From a bacterium (GTDB lineage: Bacteria > UBP18 > UBA7526), in assembly GCA_030616365.1 (NCBI GenBank), contig JAUWXM010000003.1, positions 1 to 34,665 on the forward strand: a DNA stretch of 34,665 nt, in the 5' to 3' direction. Position 1 is the stretch's first letter. Each line of letters opens with the position of its first letter. The position numbers and the translations under genes were made by a program. This document shows, one piece after another, positions 26,540-34,665 of this stretch. The notes below the pieces were generated by a model. It did not search any database, was not told the origin of the DNA, and worked only from the letters and a program-made list of their open reading frames with translations.

Positions 26540-27153
26540 TATTGAGTATAGGGATAGTTTCTGGGCTGAACGGTGGACCTCAGGTGTACTACATCCTCCT
26601 CTCCGGTAGCCCCTCTTTTTAGTTTAGCTTCTATTTCAATCATCCAGATGCTGTTGTATGAGCCTGCTTCAGGAGTGAATGAATTGATAGTGTTATCAGC
26701 CCACTTAGAATAATAATAAAGAGAAAAACTATCCATATATTTGGCCATTTCTTTTCCTCCTACACCTTCCTCATTACGATATAGGATGTGTTGAGCAGAA
26801 TCATAATAATAAGAGACATCCTTCAGGGTAGTAGTGTCTAAGAGATAGGCGCTGAAATTTATACTGGTAGCATCTGCAGCTTCCATCCAAGTGGCTTCTC
26901 TGGCTTCCCTGGTTAGTCTATCCATGGCCACTCGGGCCTGGGCGATGATGTCTGTTCTTTCCTTCCCTCCTCGCCAGACATCTAAACCACCCTTGAGAAT
27001 GCCATATAAAGCCATAGCGATCATACCAAGAATGGCTAAGGCAACCAGAATTTCAATGAGGGTAAGCCCCGTTGGAGATCCTTGCCAGAGGCAAGGCATC
27101 CGTCCCCTTCGGGGTCGGATTATCTCCAACGGGGTAAATCCTCTCTTCTTCAT
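26539..27153 (-). CDS. PilW/GspJ-like minor (pseudo)pilin with a 24-aa insertion in the leader
   Basis: MKKRGFT-PLE...SPT-GLTLIEILVALAILG; QARVAMDRLTREAREA; LRSTVQPRN. Confidence 0.85.
   Translation of the reverse strand: MKKRGFTPLEIIRPRRGRMPCLWQGSPTGLTLIEILVALAILGMIAMALYGILKGGLDVWRGGKERTDIIAQARVAMDRLTREAREATWMEAADATSINFSAYLLDTTTLKDVSYYYDSAQHILYRNEEGVGGKEMAKYMDSFSLYYYSKWADNTINSFTPEAGSYNSIWMIEIEAKLKRGATGEEDVVHLRSTVQPRNYPYTQ
27063..27138. mobile_element. 68-bp palindromic MITE-like element inserted in frame, with 4-bp TTTA/CTTA duplication
   Basis: Perfect 13-bp TIRs CCCCGTTGGAGAT (27067-27079) and ATCTCCAACGGGG (27122-27134), with two internal hairpins; 68+4=72 nt. Confidence 0.8.
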
Positions 27154-27170
27154 TTATGGTACTCCTGTGA

Positions 27171-27668
27171 TTAGTAGACTGATAATGTTTTTAGGCCGTA
27201 TAGAGAGACGGTAGCGATATCAGAATGCTCAACATAGACAATAATCCTTTTACAAGGGGTATTGGCCCCTGTTCCCATAGGGGTCTGGAGATCATAGGCA
27301 CTGACAAAGGCCACAGAGACGCTGCGTGTGAAGTCGGCATAGGCAGTCCCTACGCTGCTGCCCATAACATCTAGAGGAGGTATTTTATTCTTCCAATCAG
27401 AGTAATCATCGACATCGTCATATTCAGATCTATAGTTTTCTTCATGCCCAAAAGTGGCACTTTGTGTTTGAGGATCCCAGAACTCCTTGCCCATTATCTC
27501 GTCCATCAGGTCCTGGGCTAAGTTTGTGGCCTGGGTTCTCACCTGGTTGGCGATAACCCCATCCATACCCACAGTGAACATGGTGATGAGCATGGCGATC
27601 CCCATTGATAGAATGACTAAAGCAATCAAAATCTCGATTAAAGTAAAACCTTTCCTCTTTTTTAACAT
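27171..27668 (-). CDS. PilV/GspI (MshD-like) minor pilin
   Basis: KRKG/FTLIEILIAL; ATNLAQDLMDEI; YDDVDDY. Confidence 0.87.
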   Translation of the reverse strand: MLKKRKGFTLIEILIALVILSMGIAMLITMFTVGMDGVIANQVRTQATNLAQDLMDEIMGKEFWDPQTQSATFGHEENYRSEYDDVDDYSDWKNKIPPLDVMGSSVGTAYADFTRSVSVAFVSAYDLQTPMGTGANTPCKRIIVYVEHSDIATVSLYGLKTLSVY

Positions 27669-27675
27669 ATCTTTC

Positions 27676-28167
27676 CTACCAAATACTCACTGCCCCAGTC
27701 TCTGCGGCTATTCCAATATACAATTGATTTGAGCCCTTTTGAATCAGGACATTTCTGCTGCTTGTTAAGTCACCTCCGCTATCTGAGGGTTTGCCCAGAG
27801 CATTAAAAGTCACATAATGTTCACCAAAGGTGGTGTCCTCTATGGTAACGCCCTTCAATTGCTCATCATCATCAAAGTCGATATTTAGATTCGTGCCCCG
27901 TTTGAGAGGATTCTCTACAACTGTTCCCGTTTCCTCATTGTAAACGCTATAACGGTTCTCTGATGGAATAAAGTCTACAGTATGATCCTCATGCTGGGCG
28001 ATGGCGCGGCTCTGGGCTAATCTTATGTGATTGGCAATCTGTTCGGCGGCCGCGTCCACCTTGAAGCTGTCCGCCTGGCGGAAGAGGCGAGGAGCAAAGA
28101 CCGCAGCTAAGATGCCGATCAATAAGATAACAATGACCAGTTCAATGAAAGTAAAGCCTCTTGACAT
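27676..28167 (-). CDS. FimT/FimU/GspH-like minor pilin
   Basis: MSRG/FTFIELVIVILLIGILAA; IRLAQSRAI; VTFNALGKP; ETGAV; RBS GGAGG. Confidence 0.88.
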   Translation of the reverse strand: MSRGFTFIELVIVILLIGILAAVFAPRLFRQADSFKVDAAAEQIANHIRLAQSRAIAQHEDHTVDFIPSENRYSVYNEETGTVVENPLKRGTNLNIDFDDDEQLKGVTIEDTTFGEHYVTFNALGKPSDSGGDLTSSRNVLIQKGSNQLYIGIAAETGAVSIW

Positions 28168-28193
28168 AAAACCTCCAAGTATAGGGGTAAGGG

Positions 28194-30629
28194 TTAGGGG
28201 TTAGCCATTCTGGTCAGGGCTTCTTTTGCCGGAAGAAAATTGGGTCGCATCTTTAAGAGATATTTATATTCTGCTTTTGCTTCTTTTATTCTGCCTCCCC
28301 TTTCATAAAGACTAGCCAGTTGGAAGTGGGCCAGGGTATAATCGAACTTCAGGAGGGCCCCCTCATAACCACAGGATATCTTAGGAAAGAGATTCCGTTG
28401 CTCAATCTCAATAATTTTCTCATACTCTGAGAGTGCTCTGTTATATAAGCCTTTCTTAGAATAGAGGAGGGCAAGGTTATAGTGGGGTTCTACATAGTTC
28501 GGCTCATAATAGACCGCTCTTTCAAACTTCTCAATGGCTTTATCATCCCAACCCATTTTAGCATAGATGACCCCTAAAGCGCAAGAAGAAAATGGGAAGG
28601 TGGGATCAATCCTTAGAGATTCTTTGAACTGAGTGATGGATTTATTCATCAGGAGCCTATTTCTTCCCTGAGAGGCAAGCCAGTAGATAACCCCTAAATC
28701 TCTTCTATAATGACTATTCTCAGGGTTCAAAAGGACCATCTCCTCATATTCCCCAGTGGCCTTCTCAAGCCAGAATTCTCTTTTTTCTTTAGCGATGAGA
28801 GCAAGGTGGCGATATAAGTCTCCCAGGTTCTTGTGATAGCGGTCGTTGGTGGGCTCTAACTTCTGAGCGATGAGATAGGAGGATATCGCTTGATCGAAGG
28901 TCTTCTTCTTCTGATAATCGATTCCTTTTTTATAATGCCTATGGGCTATCAAGGGAAGGGTTGCCTGGGCAACGAGGAACAGGGTGAGGCAGATGATGAA
29001 ACTGCCCCGGATGAGGGGGCTGTGGTAGAGATGAGAGAATAGAGAGGCTGCGGGATGTGGGATGTGGGATGTGGGATGGGTTAGGTCCGTTGACCCGTTG
29101 GCCCGTTGGCCCGTTAGCCGGTTGACCCGTTGACCCGTTGGCCTGTCTTTCGTCTTTGCTTGGAGTATGAGGAGGGCGGCGAAGTAGATGAAGAGTATGT
29201 CTGTGGCTGGGGGGCGAAGGACGAAGTCGACAAAACTGTGAAGGAGAAGGCCGCTAAGGCCGGATAGGAGGCCGATGGTCAGATAGGGCTGAAAGTTGGC
29301 CGGTTGGCCGGTTGGCCGGTTTGCCGGTTGGTCAATTTGCCCGGTCCCAACATCTGTTGGGGTATTCGCCGGTTCTTTTAACTGGGTAACTGGGTAACGG
29401 GGTAACTGGGTAACTTTTGTTAGGGTTCGGAGGCCGGTGCGGAAGATGAGGGTTATTATCCATAAGAAGATGACCAGGCTGGGGAGACCAGTCTCGGCTG
29501 CTATCTGAAGATATTCATTATGGGCAAAACGAGCAGAGAGGCCATAGCGGGCAATGGTTTCATTGGTTAAGGGTATAGGAATCTTATGCCCCTTAAATAT
29601 TATACCATAGGTTCCCATCCCGGTGCCAAGGAAGGGATAGTCTCTGATGATTCTTAGTGTCCTCCCCCAGATCTGAAGTCTGTCAATGATGAATTTATTG
29701 GCCGGGGTTCTCTGAAAGGTGAACCCTCGCTCCTCTTTGAGGGGCGGGGTAAAGAAGCGGGTTGAGATGGGTTCCCCCAGGGAGACGTCGCTCGGTTCCT
29801 GGACAGTGACTTGGGCAGTAGAGTAGGGTTTGAGCTCTGTCAAAAATTGGGTGGTCTTCTTCAATGGTTGGGGCTTCAGAATTATCTGGATAGTAACAAG
29901 GGAGGCAGTAATGACGAGAAGTATTCCCAATAGAGAGAAGAGGCGTCTTTTCCTTTCTAAAATTCTCTTTCTTGCCAGGAGGATGAAGATGACTACGGAA
30001 CCCACAAAGGCCAGGTATCCTCCCCGGGAATGGGTGGCGAGTAGAGAGATAAAGGCTAAGGATGCGGTGATGAAGGCGAGGCGGGAGAGCCACTTTGAGG
30101 AAGACCAGAGGGCAAGGGCAAAGGCTAAGGGGATGATGAGGAGGAGATAGCCGGCCAGGGAATTGGGATTGGGAGGAAAAGTGGAAGCAATTTCAGTCAA
30201 ATTTGGCCAGTGGGAGAAGTATTGATAGACTCCGTAACCGGCTACGATGCTTCCCACACCAAGAATAGCAGAAATGGCAACCGGGAAATGATACTTTTTC
30301 CTAAGATTATTGACCAAGAGAAAATAGAGAAGAATAAAGGCCGCTACTTTATATAATTCAGAGAGGCTCGCTCCCTTATTTACAGAAAAAATGGTGGAAA
30401 GTAAGGCAAGGAAGAGGAAGAGCACCAGGGGAAGGTTTAAAGGGGTCTTGATGAATTTTACACCCCTCTCCCAGTTCATCCTGAGAAACCAGAGACAGGT
30501 TAGAAATAGGATGAGGATATAGGTAGCGGTAAGGGTCGGGATTTGCTTTGTTGCCCGAATAAGAGGGGTATAGATGAGGATGGCTAAGAGGCCAAGCTCC
30601 GTTATCCTAGCAAAAGTCTTCCTCGCCAT
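28194..30629 (-). CDS. O-antigen ligase-like (Wzy_C) oligosaccharyltransferase with C-terminal TPRs
   Basis: NPNSLAGYL, THSRGG, RLQIW...YPFLGTGMGTY, AHNEYLQIAAETG, LHSFVDF, followed by TPR repeats. Confidence 0.88.
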   Translation of the reverse strand: MARKTFARITELGLLAILIYTPLIRATKQIPTLTATYILILFLTCLWFLRMNWERGVKFIKTPLNLPLVLFLFLALLSTIFSVNKGASLSELYKVAAFILLYFLLVNNLRKKYHFPVAISAILGVGSIVAGYGVYQYFSHWPNLTEIASTFPPNPNSLAGYLLLIIPLAFALALWSSSKWLSRLAFITASLAFISLLATHSRGGYLAFVGSVVIFILLARKRILERKRRLFSLLGILLVITASLVTIQIILKPQPLKKTTQFLTELKPYSTAQVTVQEPSDVSLGEPISTRFFTPPLKEERGFTFQRTPANKFIIDRLQIWGRTLRIIRDYPFLGTGMGTYGIIFKGHKIPIPLTNETIARYGLSARFAHNEYLQIAAETGLPSLVIFLWIITLIFRTGLRTLTKVTQLPRYPVTQLKEPANTPTDVGTGQIDQPANRPTGQPANFQPYLTIGLLSGLSGLLLHSFVDFVLRPPATDILFIYFAALLILQAKTKDRPTGQRVNRLTGQRANGSTDLTHPTSHIPHPAASLFSHLYHSPLIRGSFIICLTLFLVAQATLPLIAHRHYKKGIDYQKKKTFDQAISSYLIAQKLEPTNDRYHKNLGDLYRHLALIAKEKREFWLEKATGEYEEMVLLNPENSHYRRDLGVIYWLASQGRNRLLMNKSITQFKESLRIDPTFPFSSCALGVIYAKMGWDDKAIEKFERAVYYEPNYVEPHYNLALLYSKKGLYNRALSEYEKIIEIEQRNLFPKISCGYEGALLKFDYTLAHFQLASLYERGGRIKEAKAEYKYLLKMRPNFLPAKEALTRMANP
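29052..29415 (+). repeat. Four 7-8-mer microsatellite tracts inside the Wzy_C gene
   Basis: (GGGATGT)~4 at 29052-29078; (CCGTTGRC)~7 at 29087-29142; (GTTGGCCG)~5 at 29295-29334; (TAACTGGG)~4.6 at 29379-29415. Confidence 0.88.
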
Positions 30630-30634
30630 ATTCT

Positions 30635-32860
30635 TTATCTAGGCTTCTCTTTCTTAAGCGTCCGAAGGTATTGTCGGGCTGTCCTATAGTTGGGGTCGGT
30701 TCTTGATACTTTCTTAAACTCGCTCCCGGCCTTCTCGTACTCACCTTTTTTGTAATAGGCCAGGCCCATATTACAGTGGACGCCGAGGAAATCGGAATCC
30801 AATTTCAGTGCTTCCTCGAATTCCTTGAGCGCCTCATCATAACGGCCCTGCTCACCATAGGTCGCCCCCAGGTTATTGTGGGGGCTGGGAAAGTGGGGAT
30901 CGAGTGTTATGGCCTTTTCGAAGTTCTGGATGGCCTCCCCAAACCGCCCCTTCTTGGCATAAACAACCCCCAGATTGTCATAGGCTGAGGTAAAATCAGG
31001 ATTGATCTCTATGGCTCGCTCATAAGACTCTATCGCCTGGTCGTACATCTCATATTCCTGGAACATAAGCCCCAAGTTATAGTGGACTTCCATTGTATAC
31101 CAGCCTGCCTGACTAGCCTTCTTCGCCTCTTCCATCATTTGTTTAAAATCTTTTTCCATCCCGTAGTGTTGGGCTAAGGAATGGTGATAGATGGCTACTA
31201 TCTCGTTACTCTCTATATCCTTGAAGACTTTCTCATCGTCTACCCCCCGCAGGGTATAGCGACTATAATAATCCGGCTCTTTCCTGAGAGGACTTCCCTT
31301 TTTCACCAAACGATAGACCAGTCCGCTGACCCTCAATTCGTAATCCGGGATTTGGGATATATCCTTTCTCGTCCCATAGTAGACCGGCCGGAGGGTGGTG
31401 GTCGCTATCTCCCTCTCCACCCTGTTCTTCTGGGCTACCCACTCCTTCTTGGTCCACTTCTTATCTGTTCTATAAAAGCCGTAGATATCCTCGAAGAGGT
31501 TGCCCATGCGATCGTAGACCGTGACATCCGGCCGTTTGTTCTCCACTAATTTCAGATAGGCCATAGAGAAGGCGATATTATCCCCATAAATAAAGAGGAT
31601 GGCATCTCTATCTAAAGTATTTAAGATATTCATACCATAGTCATAGGCTAAGTAGTGGTGGCTGTGATCATTGAAAAAGTAGTTATTACGGAGGGGGAAG
31701 ATGGGAAGGATGAGTATCAAGAGAGCGCTTAAGAAGCGATAGGTTCTGGGGTTGGCCCCCAACCTCTCACTATAGCCCTTCCCCTTAACCCAGAGACACT
31801 CTATTCCATAACCAATCCATAGAGTAAGAACAATAAAGGAGGGAATAAAACGGATGGGAAAGTCATCAGGTACATCCTTTAATTTACCTACAGCGGCATA
31901 AGCCAATCCAAGAAATAGAAATATTACTAAAGTAATCACAAACCAGCGCCTATTATTTTTGAACATTCTCACCGCACCTAGCAAGCCTAACCAGCTAATA
32001 TATACTGGTATTTCTCTTGACCATATCTTAAAGTATGTCCCGATAGAATTTAAAGAAGTTTGAATAATATTTTTTGACAATACGAATCCATAATTCAACG
32101 GTCCGGGAACTATGGAGGTACTACTTTTAATATATTGCCTGCGCATAATATGGGCTAAGAAACGCTCCCAAGTCTGGGGGTTCCCCCAATCGATGGGTGG
32201 ATTGGCCAGGGAGCGTAAGGGAAGATAGAGATAAACGATTAAGCCTAATAAGAAAAAAAGAAACATAATGGTTAATTGCTTAACTTCTCTAATCATTCTC
32301 CAATTAACCAAGAGTACCCAGAAGATAAATACTGGAGCCAGATACAACAGAGATAGATGAATGGTCAAACTCAAACCATAGATGAGACAAGCTCCATAGA
32401 GGTATTTGCTTTCCTGCTTCTCCTGCCACAATAATAGCAGGAAAATGGCAATAAGCATGAACAAAATGAGTAAGGTATATACTTCAGCAATAACCGCTAT
32501 TGACCAAAAACATTTGCTAAAGGCTACAAGTAATGCCGTAACTATAGCAGGAATGATAATGTTAGAGGTTTTCCTCATTATCAGGTAAACCAGGACCACG
32601 GCACAGGAAGCAAAGAAGGCACTGGAGAGATTAACCCGCCAGGCGATGTTCCCTATGGGGATGAGGGTGAATAGTCGAGCGAGGAGGCACCAGAGGGGAA
32701 AGCCCGGGGGATGGGGGATGCCCAAAAGATAGGCGCTAGCGATGAGTTCCCCGCTATCCGCAACATAAAGAGTAGGACAGAGGGTCTTGAGATAGATTGC
32801 GAATGAGATAGAGAATATTAGAAGAGATATCCAGATATCTTTTCTTCTCAAATCTTCCAT
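30635..32860 (-). CDS. DUF2723 / TMEM260-like GT-C glycosyltransferase with C-terminal TPRs
   Basis: DSGEL...GIPHPPGFPLW, AEVYTL, YLPLRS.ANPPIDWGNP, GDN, TPRs. Confidence 0.88.
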   Translation of the reverse strand: MEDLRRKDIWISLLIFSISFAIYLKTLCPTLYVADSGELIASAYLLGIPHPPGFPLWCLLARLFTLIPIGNIAWRVNLSSAFFASCAVVLVYLIMRKTSNIIIPAIVTALLVAFSKCFWSIAVIAEVYTLLILFMLIAIFLLLLWQEKQESKYLYGACLIYGLSLTIHLSLLYLAPVFIFWVLLVNWRMIREVKQLTIMFLFFLLGLIVYLYLPLRSLANPPIDWGNPQTWERFLAHIMRRQYIKSSTSIVPGPLNYGFVLSKNIIQTSLNSIGTYFKIWSREIPVYISWLGLLGAVRMFKNNRRWFVITLVIFLFLGLAYAAVGKLKDVPDDFPIRFIPSFIVLTLWIGYGIECLWVKGKGYSERLGANPRTYRFLSALLILILPIFPLRNNYFFNDHSHHYLAYDYGMNILNTLDRDAILFIYGDNIAFSMAYLKLVENKRPDVTVYDRMGNLFEDIYGFYRTDKKWTKKEWVAQKNRVEREIATTTLRPVYYGTRKDISQIPDYELRVSGLVYRLVKKGSPLRKEPDYYSRYTLRGVDDEKVFKDIESNEIVAIYHHSLAQHYGMEKDFKQMMEEAKKASQAGWYTMEVHYNLGLMFQEYEMYDQAIESYERAIEINPDFTSAYDNLGVVYAKKGRFGEAIQNFEKAITLDPHFPSPHNNLGATYGEQGRYDEALKEFEEALKLDSDFLGVHCNMGLAYYKKGEYEKAGSEFKKVSRTDPNYRTARQYLRTLKKEKPR

Positions 32861-33246
32861 ATCCTTTATCTAGGCTTCTCTTTCTTAAGCGTCCGAAGGT
32901 AGTGTCGGGATACCCTATAGTGGGGGTCGGTTCTTGATACCTTCTTAAACTCGTGCCGGGCCATCTCCCAATCACCCTTTTTGTAATAGGCCAGTCCCAT
33001 ATTACAGTAGACGCCCATGAAATCGGAATCGAGTTTCAGTACTTTCTCGAATTCCTTGAGCGCTTTATCATAACGGCCCTGCTCGCCATAGGTCGCCCCC
33101 AGGTTATTGTGGGGGCTGGGAAAGTCCGGATCAAGTGCTATGGCCTCTTCAAAGTTCTGGATGGCCTCTTCAAACCGCCCCTTCCTGGCATAGATGACCC
33201 CCAGATTGTTATAGGCTGAGGTAAAATCAGGATTGATCTCTATGGC
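30635..33246. repeat. Long direct repeat of TPR-coding 3' ends (30635-31015 vs 32866-33246, offset 2231)
   Basis: Ungapped, highly similar DNA. Both proteins end YLRTLKKEKPR, and the spacer to the next ATG is conserved (catattcttta vs catatccttta). Confidence 0.85.
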
Positions 33247-34665
33247 CTTCTCATAGGCCTCTATGGCCTGGTCATATATTCTTTTTGCATCGTATATGAG
33301 GCCGAAGTTATAGTGAATTCCAGCGATATCCCATCTGGCCTCACCGGCCTTCTTGACCTCTGCTACCGCCCTCGCCAGGTCCTCCTCTTCAAAGTAATGT
33401 TGGGCTAAATGGTAATGGTACTCAGCCACTAGCTCTCGGGACATTTGATCCTTAAATATCGTCTCATCATCCACCCCCCGCAGGGTATAGCGACTATAAT
33501 AATCCGGCTCCTCTCTGGAAGGTGCTCCCTTCTTTGCCACACAGTAGACTAACCCGATATGCTTCAGTTCATAGTCCGGCATAGGGAACATATCCCTTCT
33601 GGGAGAATAATAGACGGGTCGGGAGGTGGTGACCATTATCTCCCTCTCTATCCTATCCTTTCTCTTGAGCCATGTTTCACGTGTCAGGTCAGAAGGACGG
33701 ATATCGCGGGTCTGATAGATATCCTCAAAGAGGTTTCCTGATCGGTCATAGATAGTAATATCGGGACGTTTATTCTCCACTAACTTGAGATAGGTCATGG
33801 AGAAGGAGATGTTGTCCCCATGCATGAATAGTATGGCGTCCTCGTCTAAAGTGGCCAGGACATTCATCCCATAGTCATAGGCCAGGAAGTGCCTACTGCG
33901 ATCATTGAATGGGTAGTTGGTGAGGAGGGAGGAGATGGGAAGGGCGAGTATCAGGAGGCTGCTCAAGAAGGAGTAGTATCTGGAGTGAGCGGTCAATCTC
34001 CTGTTCCATTGAGCTCCCTTAATCAGGAGATACCTTATCCCATAGCCCACCCAGAGGGTGAAAAAGAAGAAAGAAGGAAGGGTGGAACCGAATTGTATCA
34101 AGAGGTTGACCACCACCCCGGTCAATAGATAGCTTGAGAGGGTAACAAAGAACCAGGCCCTCCTCTCTCTGAATAGGGCAATGAGACCTACAAAGGCAAG
34201 CCAGCTGATATAGGGAGGCATCTCCTGGTATAGCTGTCTCAGGCAGGGCGAGAGGCGGTGCAGAATCATGAGCCATTTCTGGGTAAGGAGGGTGATGGGA
34301 GCGAAGAGAAAGAGGGTCTCGCCACCCCCATACTGTTTGCCAACCACATGGGCCCAGAAGCGACTCAGGGTCTGGGGATTTCCCCAATCAATGGCTGGGT
34401 TGTGGAGGGACCTCAGGGGGAGGTAGAGATAGAGAAGCAAGCCCAGCAGGAGGAGAAAGAAACATAGGGTGAGGCGTCTAATGTCCTTTATGAGCCGCCA
34501 ATCGGTAAAGAGGAGCCAGGGAATGAAGATGGGGAGAAAGACGAGCGTATGGCGATGTATCGCCAGGCTCAGGCCAAAGATGAGGGAGGCGAGATAGAGA
34601 TAATTAAATTCTTTTTTTTCGCTCCAGAGGAGGAGGAGATAGAAGAGCACCGCCATGAGTAATAT
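32866..34665 (-). CDS. Second DUF2723/TMEM260-like GT-C + TPR paralog, 5' end outside the window
   Basis: The frame stays open to the window edge (ILL-MAVLF). YLPLRSLHNPAIDWGNP, AYDYGMN and YLKLVENKRPD are shared with the paralog, whose first ~130 aa have no counterpart inside the window. Confidence 0.88.
   Translation of the reverse strand: MLLMAVLFYLLLLWSEKKEFNYLYLASLIFGLSLAIHRHTLVFLPIFIPWLLFTDWRLIKDIRRLTLCFFLLLLGLLLYLYLPLRSLHNPAIDWGNPQTLSRFWAHVVGKQYGGGETLFLFAPITLLTQKWLMILHRLSPCLRQLYQEMPPYISWLAFVGLIALFRERRAWFFVTLSSYLLTGVVVNLLIQFGSTLPSFFFFTLWVGYGIRYLLIKGAQWNRRLTAHSRYYSFLSSLLILALPISSLLTNYPFNDRSRHFLAYDYGMNVLATLDEDAILFMHGDNISFSMTYLKLVENKRPDITIYDRSGNLFEDIYQTRDIRPSDLTRETWLKRKDRIEREIMVTTSRPVYYSPRRDMFPMPDYELKHIGLVYCVAKKGAPSREEPDYYSRYTLRGVDDETIFKDQMSRELVAEYHYHLAQHYFEEEDLARAVAEVKKAGEARWDIAGIHYNFGLIYDAKRIYDQAIEAYEKAIEINPDFTSAYNNLGVIYARKGRFEEAIQNFEEAIALDPDFPSPHNNLGATYGEQGRYDKALKEFEKVLKLDSDFMGVYCNMGLAYYKKGDWEMARHEFKKVSRTDPHYRVSRHYLRTLKKEKPR

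Noticed and set aside
1522-34467. Numerous 60-160 aa ORFs antisense to or nested in the called genes
   Set aside because: Shadow ORFs overlapping well-supported CDSs, with no motifs.
1-34665. tRNA, rRNA, cobalamin riboswitch, integrase or transposase
   Set aside because: None recognised by eye; a covariance-model scan would be needed to exclude small RNAs.

Overview
Bacterial window, probably from an uncultured anaerobe judging by its many Fe-S and B12 enzymes; taxonomy cannot be fixed from the sequence. There are four blocks. (1) 1-19.9 kb is a dense radical-chemistry cluster: six B12-binding radical SAM (rSAM) enzymes, four of them as a mirrored A-B><B'-A' paralog set, two Twitch/SPASM-type rSAMs, one rSAM with the architecture of tetraether synthase (Tes/MJ0619), a UbiU/UbiV-like U32 pair, GNAT, GT2, an FAD oxidoreductase, an ICMT-like methyltransferase, an Fe-S aldo-keto reductase and a GT-C membrane protein. 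I cannot match it to a characterised pathway. My best inference is an O2-independent pathway acting on a membrane lipid or lipid-linked glycan. (2) 20.0-21.4 kb holds a PaaX-family regulator with five copies of a 16-bp CGATCG-centred palindrome, plus tandem repeats. (3) 21.4-26.2 kb is a three-gene exported-protein cassette bracketed by a 128-bp direct repeat containing the 3' end of the pilX-like gene. (4) 26.1-34.7 kb carries four minor (pseudo)pilins, one with an in-frame palindromic MITE-like insert at the prepilin cleavage site, an O-antigen-ligase/TPR protein with coding microsatellites, and two tandem DUF2723/TMEM260-like GT-C+TPR paralogs. All assignments come from motif recognition by eye; no searches were run.
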